Shown: positions 8,464 to 17,844, numbered from the stretch's first letter. The stretch is DNA of 30,770 nt from Candidatus Thorarchaeota archaeon (GCA_048884785.1 JBHLQM010000039.1:1-30770), one strand, 5' to 3'. The notes: generated by a model from the letters alone, not told the origin. Translations and numbers: made by a program.

Positions 8464-9776
8464 AATATATGACTGAAAGAGGTCTTGCTGATAAAATTGC
8501 AGGTGCACAATCACCCGAAGACCTAGGATTATATCTCCAGAAGATTTCAGTCGCAGATATTGTGGCTGATGAGGCAATTAGAACCTCTCTAAGACATCAG
8601 TCTAATCTCATAGCTTGTCTCATTCACAGGAATTACATTGAAGGCAGAACCTTGCCCTTATTGCATTGGATATCGGCATATCCGGAATTCCTACTCGAAA
8701 ACAGGATTCAGGAGAATCTGCGGAGACTTGGCATTGGAAATAGTATTCTTGACTGCTTCATAGATATTCTGAATTCAAGAGATAGAACAGTTCTAGAGCA
8801 CAAAGAGGCAATAAGGGCAATTGGTAGCATTCACGGGATATCTGACTTGGCCTGGCATTCACTCTATCGGAGCCCTCTTATGGGTCTAATTTCGTCCTTG
8901 GAATTAACAGATAGTTTTGCACGCCTTCTTGCCCTGATTATGAAGATTAGTTCTGTCATTAAGAATCGAGAAATTTTGGATATTGTGAACAAAAGGTCAC
9001 CGGAAATTGTTGAATCATTGGAAGGTAAGAAGAATCCTGATCTCGCAAGAGGGCTCCTTTGTGGATACACATTTTTGTGCGAAAACCCCTGGAAAATCGA
9101 TAAGATATCTGAATCCAAGGTCGACTCACTGGCACCTGAAATCGTCGATGCTCTTCTGTTGAAAATGATCCAGATGATTCCAGAACCCGCCACATTGAAT
9201 CTTTCAGAAAATGAGGGGAATCAACCGAAATTGCTGAGAATTATTGAGAGATCAATCGATAGACTTGGGTGGCCATTTGTTCAACACTACCTGAGGTTCA
9301 TCACACAGGAGAATCCAACAGCTACTGACTGGTTTGAGTTCATATGCAAGGCAATGGGGCCTATGGGACAGATTGACCATTCAGCATTTTTTCTGTTAAT
9401 CAAGGAACAGCAGCCCATTCCGAGACAGATAATGCAGACAGCTCTAGGAACGCCTGAGGAATATGTGATCTCTTTCGAGCTACTCGAAGAGGATGGCCTG
9501 ATTGATAAGTTTGAGACAGACTGCATCCAACTTGAAGACTCCATTCCAACGAGTAGGATGCAGATACAGCATTTTGAGAATGCAAGAACCGGCATAGGTT
9601 TAGAAGAAGCACTTGCCGGTGATCAATGCCTGGTTCGTTTATTATTGCAGCATGAAAATGAAACTGGCAGTGCTACTGCGGTGGATTTCCTAAAAGGAGT
9701 ACTTGTTTCAAACACTCTGCCAATAAAAGTTAAGAAAAGCGCAACACATTGGCTCAAGCAGATGAAGGAAATCTAG
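8460..9776 (+). CDS. Hypothetical, probably all-alpha-helical protein (438 aa)
   Basis: Long Leu/Ile-rich ORF with amphipathic patterning. GTGA overlap with the upstream LRR gene; alternative ATG at 8469. Confidence 0.78.
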   Translation: MKYMTERGLADKIAGAQSPEDLGLYLQKISVADIVADEAIRTSLRHQSNLIACLIHRNYIEGRTLPLLHWISAYPEFLLENRIQENLRRLGIGNSILDCFIDILNSRDRTVLEHKEAIRAIGSIHGISDLAWHSLYRSPLMGLISSLELTDSFARLLALIMKISSVIKNREILDIVNKRSPEIVESLEGKKNPDLARGLLCGYTFLCENPWKIDKISESKVDSLAPEIVDALLLKMIQMIPEPATLNLSENEGNQPKLLRIIERSIDRLGWPFVQHYLRFITQENPTATDWFEFICKAMGPMGQIDHSAFFLLIKEQQPIPRQIMQTALGTPEEYVISFELLEEDGLIDKFETDCIQLEDSIPTSRMQIQHFENARTGIGLEEALAGDQCLVRLLLQHENETGSATAVDFLKGVLVSNTLPIKVKKSATHWLKQMKEI

Positions 9777-9781
9777 TTTTT
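9777..9781 (+). terminator. Possible archaeal oligo-T terminator
   Basis: TTTTT immediately after the TAG of the 8460-9776 gene. Confidence 0.3.
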
Positions 9782-9849
9782 GAACTCCTTTCGGTAGTCT
9801 TAAGTAAAAACGAAATCTGACAACATCGCAGTATACGGAGTGAGGACAA

Positions 9850-10326
9850 TTGGAGAAAGAAAAGACGCTTTCCTTCATTGAGAAACAGATTGAGCTGGAG
9901 CTTAGCATTATCAAGATTGTGGAAGAGAATGTCAAGAGCCTGGGAAATGCCTTCATCAAGGACCTGTTGATTGGGGTATCTCAGGATTCTCAAAAACATG
10001 CAACGCTATTGAAGTCACTTAAGAAGGCCGTAGAAGGCCCAACTCCATTTATCAGTACACAAGAGAGAGATAAGATAGCGAAGGGAATTCAGAAGCACAT
10101 TGATCTGGAGGCTGAAGCAGTCAAGACCTATGGGGAACTCATTGAGAAGAGTGACAATGAGCAGGTAAAGACAATTGCATCGATGATACGTGAGGATGAG
10201 TTTAGGCATCATGCACTCCTAAAGGAACTTCACAAAACTCTAGTTGAACCTGAAACCCTTACTGAGGACATGATATGGGATATAATGTGGAGAGACTCTC
10301 CCTGGCATGGGAGTCCCGGCGGTTGA
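9850..10326 (+). CDS. Ferritin-like/rubrerythrin-like four-helix-bundle protein
   Basis: TTG start after a GGAGTGAGG SD. Internally duplicated helix pairs with E...DSQKH and E...DEFRH metal-ligand motifs. C-terminus WHGSPGG. Confidence 0.85.
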   Translation: MEKEKTLSFIEKQIELELSIIKIVEENVKSLGNAFIKDLLIGVSQDSQKHATLLKSLKKAVEGPTPFISTQERDKIAKGIQKHIDLEAEAVKTYGELIEKSDNEQVKTIASMIREDEFRHHALLKELHKTLVEPETLTEDMIWDIMWRDSPWHGSPGG

Positions 10327-10557
10327 TATCCGATTTACCAGAAACATATGAGATCGTATGTTATGGTGAAATCACAAAGCATCCTGAACTTGAAATCCAG
10401 CTGTTCTATCCCAACACTTGTCTTAGTAGAAATCGGAGATAAGCAACTGCGTTTTTGGAACCCAGCAAAATTTCCGCAGCATCTGGAAGAGCCATAAAAA
10501 AGGAGTAATATACTAGGAAGATGGTGTAAAGAATATTATAATCTGGAAAGTAGGACA

Positions 10558-13413
10558 ATGGACGAAGAGCAAGCTTGGTATAAAGAAACCCCTGAAGCAG
10601 TACTGCAAAAATTGGACTCGAGTGAAAAAGGCCTCAACAGTGAAGAGGTATCCAAGAGACTGATACAGTATGGTCCAAATGAGCTCGAAGAGGTTGGACG
10701 CATTAGTGCTTTCAGGATGTTTCTACAGCAGTTTGCCAACCCAATGGTAATTATCCTTCTATTCGCAATTATAATCTCTGTGGTAGCAGTTCTACTTTCT
10801 GGTGGGCATGAAGATGAAGGTTTTATTGATGCGATTGTGATTTCAGCAATTGTCATAATTAACGCCATTTTTGGCTTCGTTCAAGAATACAAATCAGAAC
10901 AAGCACTCGAAGCTCTAAAGGATCTCTCTGCGCCCATGGCTGTCGTAAAACGCGGTGGCGACTGGATTGAGGTCGAAGCGCGTGAAACGGTTCCCGGTGA
11001 CATCATAGCGCTGGAAACAGGAGATATTGTACCGGCTGATGCGCGTTTGCTTACAGCTGTTGGACTTTCTACTGATGAAGCGGCCCTTACTGGCGAGTCA
11101 CTAGGAGTGCAAAAGAATGTCAAAGCAATTACTACAGCCAGGCCAGCCCTTGGTGATATGGTCAATCTTGTATTTCAGGGGTCAATAGTGACAGCAGGTA
11201 AGGGAACTGCCATCATTACGGCTACCGGAATGAGAACCGAATTTGGAAAGATTGCAAGATTGGTGCAAGAAAGCGAGGAAGAATTAACCCCTTTGCAATT
11301 GGATTTGCAGGACCTGGGCAGAAGATTGGGTGGGATAGTCCTCATCATTTCAATAATCGTGTTTGCTGCACTTGTTTTTGTCAACACTTCATACAATTGG
11401 AATGAAGCCCTCTTTGTTGCAATCGCCATAGCTGTGGCAGCCATACCTGAAGGTTTGCCTGCGGTTGTCACTGTTACTTTAGCCATAGGAGTTAGCCGTA
11501 TGGCAAAGAAGAATGCAATTGTGAGAAAGCTGCCATCGGTAGAAACTCTTGGTTCGACCACTGTTATCTGCTCTGACAAGACAGGCACAATCACCAAGAA
11601 TGAAATGACTGTTCGATATATTCGTTTATCATCTGCAGAAGTGACTGTTTCCGGTACTGGTTACTTGAAAGAAGGTCAGTTCTACAATGCATCTTCTCCA
11701 TCAGATTGTGTAGCTCTTTCGAAAACAGATGAAGAATTCAATCCTCAGAACAGTAATGAGCTACTCACTCTGCTAAGAATAGGACAACTTTGTTCCAACG
11801 CCAAGCTTTCCGATAGTCCCAACGATGAAGTCAACTGGAAAGTAATCGGGGATCCTACGGAAGGTGCCCTTTTGGTAGCCGCTGAGAAAGCCGGTCAATC
11901 TCTTGACCAGACTTGTTCGGAGTATCAATTGATAACAGAGTTTTCATTTGACTCAAAGAGGAAGAGGATGACCACTATCTATAGGGACCACCTCGGACAA
12001 ATTTATGCATTTACAAAAGGAGCCCCAGAAATTATACTCGAAAGATCTTCAAAATTGCTGGTCGGAAACGATGAGCAACCTCTTTCATCAGATCAAAAGA
12101 AACTGATTCTTCAGGATAACACAATAATGGCTGAATGCGCAATGCGAGTACTAGGATTTGCCTACAGGAGGCTTTCAGACGTACGCGGTGAGTATGATGA
12201 GGAAAATGTTGAGTCAGATCTTGTCTTTGTTGGTTTAGTGGGTATGATTGACCCTCCTCGTGATGGAGTCATGGAATCAATTGCCAAATCCAGGAAGTCA
12301 GGAGTCCGACCGATTATGATTACTGGTGATCACGCCCTTACGGCGATGTCGATTGCCAGAAGCGTGGGATTATCCACTTCCGAAGGTGATGCTGTTACTG
12401 GCGCTGATATTGATGAGATGTCAGAACATGAGCTTGAGAATATTGTTCTAGAAAGAAGTGTTTTCGCTCGAGTTGCGCCTGAGCACAAGCTACGAATAGT
12501 CCAAGCTCTGCAGCGTCAGAATCAAGTTGTTGCGATGACGGGTGATGGCGTCAATGATGCTCCAGCCATTAAGACGGCGGATGTAGGGATCTCAATGGGT
12601 ATACGAGGTGCAGGTGTAACTAAAGAATCATCTGACCTTATACTCACTGATGATAACTTCTCAACAATAGTAGCTGCAATTGAAGTTGGGCGGGAAATCT
12701 ATGCAAATATCCGCAAATTCGTCAGATTCCTTCTCTCTGCAAATGCGGGAGAAGTTCTACTCGTATTCTTTATGGCAATAATTGGACTCCCCATTCCCTT
12801 GACTGCTGTTGAGATTCTTTGGATTAACTTGGTTACCGATGGACCTCCTGCACTCGCACTCGGTTTTGACCCACCTCCCAAGGGGATTATGGATCGCTGC
12901 CCAAGGGAACCCGGCAGCAGAATGTTGGATAAAGGAATGGTAAGGATGATTGTAATCGGAGGTGTTCTCGCGACTTTCGCTGCTAGTTCAGTGTACCTCT
13001 TCTGCCTTTACATAGGAATTGGCTGGATTCCAGGCATTACAGGTCCTGCCGTAGATTGGGTATTGCCTGTAAATGAATCCGCCCTCAAATATGCTCAAAC
13101 TGCCACATTTGCAACTATGGTTTTATTCCAATTGCTTTGGGTATGGAATTGCCGAGACGAGTGGAATCCCGTATGGAGAACAAATGTCAGCGAGTCAAAA
13201 GCGCTCCTAATTGCCGTGAGCTTTTCATTGGTGCTTACACTCATGGTCCTGTACACACCATTATCCATTGCCTTTGGAACTGCGCAACTGGGTCTGGATA
13301 CTTGGATAATCATTATTGGATTATGCCTGATAGGCCTTCTGGCTCCCGTGTACAAACTTCTTGGATACGGAGAACAGGATATTTGCGCAGAAGAGGGTGA
13401 TCCCCAAAGTTGA
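10558..13413 (+). CDS. P-type cation-transporting ATPase, P2A (SERCA-like, probably Ca2+)
   Basis: TGES, AAIPEGLP, CSDKTGT, KGAPE, MITGD, TGDGVNDAP, M5 SANAGE and M6 WINLVTDG. Confidence 0.95.
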   Translation: MDEEQAWYKETPEAVLQKLDSSEKGLNSEEVSKRLIQYGPNELEEVGRISAFRMFLQQFANPMVIILLFAIIISVVAVLLSGGHEDEGFIDAIVISAIVIINAIFGFVQEYKSEQALEALKDLSAPMAVVKRGGDWIEVEARETVPGDIIALETGDIVPADARLLTAVGLSTDEAALTGESLGVQKNVKAITTARPALGDMVNLVFQGSIVTAGKGTAIITATGMRTEFGKIARLVQESEEELTPLQLDLQDLGRRLGGIVLIISIIVFAALVFVNTSYNWNEALFVAIAIAVAAIPEGLPAVVTVTLAIGVSRMAKKNAIVRKLPSVETLGSTTVICSDKTGTITKNEMTVRYIRLSSAEVTVSGTGYLKEGQFYNASSPSDCVALSKTDEEFNPQNSNELLTLLRIGQLCSNAKLSDSPNDEVNWKVIGDPTEGALLVAAEKAGQSLDQTCSEYQLITEFSFDSKRKRMTTIYRDHLGQIYAFTKGAPEIILERSSKLLVGNDEQPLSSDQKKLILQDNTIMAECAMRVLGFAYRRLSDVRGEYDEENVESDLVFVGLVGMIDPPRDGVMESIAKSRKSGVRPIMITGDHALTAMSIARSVGLSTSEGDAVTGADIDEMSEHELENIVLERSVFARVAPEHKLRIVQALQRQNQVVAMTGDGVNDAPAIKTADVGISMGIRGAGVTKESSDLILTDDNFSTIVAAIEVGREIYANIRKFVRFLLSANAGEVLLVFFMAIIGLPIPLTAVEILWINLVTDGPPALALGFDPPPKGIMDRCPREPGSRMLDKGMVRMIVIGGVLATFAASSVYLFCLYIGIGWIPGITGPAVDWVLPVNESALKYAQTATFATMVLFQLLWVWNCRDEWNPVWRTNVSESKALLIAVSFSLVLTLMVLYTPLSIAFGTAQLGLDTWIIIIGLCLIGLLAPVYKLLGYGEQDICAEEGDPQS

Positions 13414-13489
13414 TGATAGATGTCAGGCTAGCCGCGGAATGTTTTGTCCATGCAGGAAATATAATATGCGGAAGTAGGAATACTTAGTT

Positions 13490-13990
13490 ATGGAAGACTC
13501 CGATATGCAGGAGAAGCCGTGTCTTCAAGTTGGTGATGTTGCACCAGATTTCATTCTCCCTGGAAGTAATGATGAAAACATTCACCTACAAGACATGCTA
13601 GATAACAATGTCGTTCTTGTGTTTTTCTCGGATACATTCACGCCCTTTGCAACAGGACAAGCGGACTCTTTCCTCCACCTCCACGAGTCACTCAGCAATA
13701 TAGGTGTGACCTTCATAGGAATTTCAACTGAGCCTTTGTCAGCATTAAAGACCTTCATTGAGGACTTGGAACTTCCATTCCTAATGGTCAGCGATTTTGA
13801 CAGGAAGGTTGCCAAAGCATATGGAGTATATGCAGATGAGATGGGGAGCTTGAGATGTGTTGCTCGTCCCAGTATTGTGATTGTTGACCAAGATGGAAAG
13901 ATTGACTACATATGGATTTCACAGGAAGGCGAAATGGCTCCCAAGGCAAGTGATATTGCAGATCGAATCATAAAATCAAAACTTGATTAG
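13490..13990 (+). CDS. Peroxiredoxin/BCP-fold (AhpC/TSA) protein lacking the peroxidatic Cys
   Basis: VGDVAPDFIL, VVLVFF, IGIS, LPFLMVSDFDRKVAKAYGV, ARPSIVIVD. The active-site loop reads SDTFTPFA instead of PxxxTxxC. Confidence 0.85.
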   Translation: MEDSDMQEKPCLQVGDVAPDFILPGSNDENIHLQDMLDNNVVLVFFSDTFTPFATGQADSFLHLHESLSNIGVTFIGISTEPLSALKTFIEDLELPFLMVSDFDRKVAKAYGVYADEMGSLRCVARPSIVIVDQDGKIDYIWISQEGEMAPKASDIADRIIKSKLD

Positions 13991-13993
13991 CCT

Positions 13994-15076
13994 CTATACT
14001 GCAAACTGCTCGAAGTAGATGGCTATTATTTGAGCTACTATGAATAAGACAAGGAGCAATATACCCTCGCCGCGTGTAACTCTCCAATCTCGTCTTATTA
14101 CATAGAAGAATATCAGGGAAACCAAAAGCGCGAAGGCCATTAGCACAATATTCCCAAGTACCAAAAGGAGAACCGTTGGCACAAAAAGCGAAACAATCCC
14201 GAGACCCAATGTGATATTCACGATATTGCTGCCAATTACGTTTCCTATTAGAAGACGACCGAAACCTCTTCTAGCACTATTCACTGACACAGTAAGCTCA
14301 GGTAGTGATGTTCCCAATGCAATGATGACTAGTCCAATTACTCCCTCCTGTATTCCCCATGTGATTGTTATAAAATCCGCTCCTGCGACCACAAGCTGTG
14401 CTCCAAGAACAATAAAGAGGGCAGATACAATTACTGTAATTGATTGTCTTAGGGGGAACCTCTTTGAGTCATCCGAGGCTGCTTCTATGTCATTTCTCTT
14501 TTTGGTGTCTCTCGGTTTCGGAAAAAGACCTCGTAGAGATGTAAGGAAATGCAATTTGATGAGATAGTCAACAAAAACATGGAACTGATAGCATGATTCA
14601 CACTCTTCCTGCCGAGTGATAAGAAATGAAAGATAGGCAAAGAATAGCAAAATCAGAAATCCAGCTTCCCAAATTGCAATAAAACCGGGAGTTAGCGGAT
14701 CAAACATGAACACTGCAAGTGAGGCGACGACGAGAATCATTACCTTTGCATCGCGATCTATTACCACTGCATTAGAGGCCAGTGGGCTAATGAGTGCACT
14801 GATACCTATGATCAGAGTCACATTGATAATTGTGCTGCCAATTATATTCGTAAAAGCAAGCTGTGGTTTTCCAGCTAGAACAGCTGCGGAACTTGAAACT
14901 ATTTCGGGAAGAGAAGTGCCAATTGAAACAATTGTTAAACCTATGAAGAGTTCAGATACTCCGAGATTACGTGCCAGCTCTGATGCAGATTCAACAAACA
15001 CATCAGAACCAAAAATGAGCAGAGCTAGTCCGAAGAGGAAAATACCGATGTTGAGGACTATAAACTCTAGCTGCAT
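13994..15076 (-). CDS. Calcium/sodium antiporter (CaCA superfamily, YrbG-like)
   Basis: Two alpha-repeats with GTSLPE, GNVIGSNIVN, and about 10 hydrophobic segments. Confidence 0.93.
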   Translation of the reverse strand: MQLEFIVLNIGIFLFGLALLIFGSDVFVESASELARNLGVSELFIGLTIVSIGTSLPEIVSSSAAVLAGKPQLAFTNIIGSTIINVTLIIGISALISPLASNAVVIDRDAKVMILVVASLAVFMFDPLTPGFIAIWEAGFLILLFFAYLSFLITRQEECESCYQFHVFVDYLIKLHFLTSLRGLFPKPRDTKKRNDIEAASDDSKRFPLRQSITVIVSALFIVLGAQLVVAGADFITITWGIQEGVIGLVIIALGTSLPELTVSVNSARRGFGRLLIGNVIGSNIVNITLGLGIVSLFVPTVLLLVLGNIVLMAFALLVSLIFFYVIRRDWRVTRGEGILLLVLFIVAQIIAIYFEQFAV

Positions 15077-15262
15077 CTTCTCACCACACTACCAACTTGT
15101 GTTATTGAGGGGAGGAAGTCTTTGATATAAATTGAAGCTTTGTTACATAAACCAAAACCTTGTCATTGCACTGATACTCATGGATGCATGATGGCTTTCT
15201 GTTTGCATCCAGATGCCAAAAAGTTACACAGCCCAACGCTTATGTCTACAACCAAGTCTAGA

Positions 15263-15270
15263 TTATATAT
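15263..15270 (+). promoter_or_regulatory. Putative TATA box of iorAB
   Basis: TTATATAT lies 27-34 nt upstream of ATG 15297. Confidence 0.5.
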
Positions 15271-15296
15271 TGAAATGCCGCAGTTGGTGAAGAGAG

Positions 15297-17195
15297 ATGA
15301 CTGTAGATGATGTAAAAAGAACAGACGGTGGACGGGCATTAATGCTCTCAAACGAGGCTATTGTTCGTGGAGCCCTAGAAGCCAATGTGAAAGTTGTTGC
15401 ATTCTATCCGGGCTCACCTGTTTCAGAGATTATGGATACGTTTGGAGAGGTTTTGGAGCATTTTGATGACTTCAAAATGGAAATCTCGTCAAATGAGAAG
15501 GTAGCCCTGGAAACGGTTGCAGGTGCATCAATGGCTGGAGTAAGGTCATTCACGTCAATGAAGTCTGTAGGAATGAATGTGGCAAGTGATGCGATGTTTA
15601 GTCTTGCATATACGGGGATAAATGCGGGCTGTGTAGTTGTCATGGCAGATGATCCCTTTGCACACTCTTCTCAATCAGAGCAAGATGCACGATACTTTGG
15701 CGAAGCCGCCTATGTTCCAATGATAGAACCGGCAAACGCTCAGGAAGCCTATGAAATGGTAAAATGGGCATTTGACGTGTCTGAAAAATACAAGACACTA
15801 GTTCTCATGAGAACGACTACTCGTGTTAACCATGCTAGGGGCATGGTTCAACTTGGAGAACTTGATCGGACCCCCTTTAGGAAAAACAAATGGGCCGATG
15901 TTAGGGGTCAGTATTTTACCGTGGGTGCGATAGCACGCGCACTTAAAGCTGGTCTCCTAGAAAAATCAAGAGCTATGAAAAAGGATTTTGAAAAGTCACC
16001 CTTCAACAAAATTGAGAAAGGTAAAGGGAATGTTGGAGTAATCACTTCTGGTGTATGCTACCTGCATACGAAGGAAGCAATGCAGAACCTTGGCGTAAAG
16101 ATACCTGTCCTAAAGATAGGAACACTTTATCCTTTGCCAGAAAAGAAGATCGTTCAGTTCCTAGAATCATTGGAAACAGTCATCATTGTTGAGGAACTCT
16201 CGCCATATCTAGAAATGAGGATTACAGCACTGGCCAAGGATTCCAATCCATCTCTCAGAATCATAGGTAAGCGCAGCGGTGATTTCTCAGAAATGCTGGA
16301 ATATAATGTTCCAATAGTTGAGAAGGTTCTCGCCAGCACATTGGGTATGGAGTTGTCGCTTGACTATGATAGTTACCTGAAGAGAGCTGAGGAATTGAAG
16401 AAATCCCTTCCAGATCGTGTTCCAATCTTCTGTCCTGGATGTCCTCATAGAGGGACACTTTGGGCATTTAGGCAAGCCCTTGATCGGCTTCGAATACGAA
16501 ACAAGATTGTGTTCAATAATGACATTGGCTGTTACTCAATGGCGTTCTTACCACCGAATGAATTCAGTGATTCAATGCTGGCAATGGGTGCAAGTTTGGG
16601 AGTTTCAGCAGGAATGAGTCTTGTACTAGAAGACAAGATTATCGCTATGGTGGGTGATTCAACACTTTATCATGCAGCATTACCAGGTATCATCAATCTT
16701 ATCCATCACGGCTCCAATGTTACACTGTTTGTACTCGACAACTCAGTGACAGCAATGACAGGTCAGCAGTTTAATCCAAATACACCCTTCGATGCAGGTG
16801 GAAGGTCTGCAACTAAAATTAGTATGGACAAAATGTTTGAGGCTCTTGGAGCTGAAAGCATAACTGTCATTGACCCGTATCAGACACGAGATTGCATAGA
16901 CCCCATTAAGAAGGCAATCGAGGCTGATGGATTCAATGTCATCATCTCGAGAAGAGAATGCGCTCTCTATGGAGACCGAGAAAAGAAGAAACGCGGTGAG
17001 CAAATCCATCAAAGCGAGAATGTCAAAGAAACCTGTAGAAGTATCTATTCTTGTGTGAAGGAATTCCACTGCCCTGCCATAGTAATAGATCAATCTGACC
17101 ACAAGATGATGATTCTAGAGAGTCTCTGTGATGGATGTCTTGAATGTAGACAGGTCTGTCCAGTAGATGCGCCGCGTCACATAGAGGGGAGGTGA
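15297..17195 (+). CDS. iorA: Indolepyruvate:ferredoxin oxidoreductase alpha subunit
   Basis: NEAIVRGA, YPGSP, NEKVALE, MKSVGMNVASD, CPGCPHR, DIGCY, TPP motif GDST...LDNSVTAMTGQQ, and a C-terminal ferredoxin-like domain. Confidence 0.95.
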   Translation: MTVDDVKRTDGGRALMLSNEAIVRGALEANVKVVAFYPGSPVSEIMDTFGEVLEHFDDFKMEISSNEKVALETVAGASMAGVRSFTSMKSVGMNVASDAMFSLAYTGINAGCVVVMADDPFAHSSQSEQDARYFGEAAYVPMIEPANAQEAYEMVKWAFDVSEKYKTLVLMRTTTRVNHARGMVQLGELDRTPFRKNKWADVRGQYFTVGAIARALKAGLLEKSRAMKKDFEKSPFNKIEKGKGNVGVITSGVCYLHTKEAMQNLGVKIPVLKIGTLYPLPEKKIVQFLESLETVIIVEELSPYLEMRITALAKDSNPSLRIIGKRSGDFSEMLEYNVPIVEKVLASTLGMELSLDYDSYLKRAEELKKSLPDRVPIFCPGCPHRGTLWAFRQALDRLRIRNKIVFNNDIGCYSMAFLPPNEFSDSMLAMGASLGVSAGMSLVLEDKIIAMVGDSTLYHAALPGIINLIHHGSNVTLFVLDNSVTAMTGQQFNPNTPFDAGGRSATKISMDKMFEALGAESITVIDPYQTRDCIDPIKKAIEADGFNVIISRRECALYGDREKKKRGEQIHQSENVKETCRSIYSCVKEFHCPAIVIDQSDHKMMILESLCDGCLECRQVCPVDAPRHIEGR

Positions 17196-17200
17196 AAAGT

Positions 17201-17824
17201 ATGGAAAGAACATACAACATCCTATTTGCAGGAGTTGGGGGTCAAGGACTCATGCTTCTCTCAGCAGTGTTGGGAAAGGCTGCAGTTGATGCCGGACTTG
17301 ATGTGATGACTGGAGAAACTCATGGTCTTGCTCAAAGGAGTGGTTCAATCTATGTCCATTTCAAAATTGGCAAACCTATCTCCCCACTGATTCCCTATGG
17401 AAAGGCGGATATGCTCATCGCTATGGAGGCAACAGAGGCACTCAGGTACATTGAGTATCTGAAAGATGACGGAGTTATCATAATGAGCAAAAACACAATG
17501 CCTCCTGTTGCTGAAACAAAGGCTGTTGCTCTGGATAAAGAGAAGATAGCAAAATACTACGCGCTGGAGATGGTGGAGGAGAGATTGAGAAAAGTGACAA
17601 CTAAACTCATCTCGTTGGACTCTTTAGGTCTAGCATTGGAAGCCGGTAATGCTAGGACAGAAAACTCTGTTCTAATAGGCTCAGCAGCTTCTTGCCCTGA
17701 TTTCCCCATTTCAGCAGAAGATCTTCGAAAGGCAGTACTCTCACTAGTGCCCCCGAAGACTATCGAAGCAAACTCCAAAGCTTTTGATTTGGGAAGAGAA
17801 GCCGGAACAATCTGCCTTGGCTAG
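17201..17824 (+). CDS. iorB: Indolepyruvate:ferredoxin oxidoreductase beta subunit
   Basis: GVGGQG, ETHGLAQRSGS, EATEALR. ATG 17201 follows a GGAGGTGA SD (the track's GTG 17192 is an alternative start). Directly downstream of iorA. Confidence 0.93.
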   Translation: MERTYNILFAGVGGQGLMLLSAVLGKAAVDAGLDVMTGETHGLAQRSGSIYVHFKIGKPISPLIPYGKADMLIAMEATEALRYIEYLKDDGVIIMSKNTMPPVAETKAVALDKEKIAKYYALEMVEERLRKVTTKLISLDSLGLALEAGNARTENSVLIGSAASCPDFPISAEDLRKAVLSLVPPKTIEANSKAFDLGREAGTICLG

Positions 17825-17844
17825 TACCTGGGGACGAAGGAGGT

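Noticed and set aside
10324-10497. Frame stays open for 56 codons after the TGA of the ferritin-like gene (possible Sec or read-through)
   Set aside because: The extension has no recognisable features, no SECIS was seen, and the PGG end looks like a natural terminus.
10490-10557. AAAAAGGAGTA upstream of the P-type ATPase, reminiscent of a yybP-ykoY riboswitch
   Set aside because: The remaining conserved motifs and helices are not evident, and there is too little room before the start codon.
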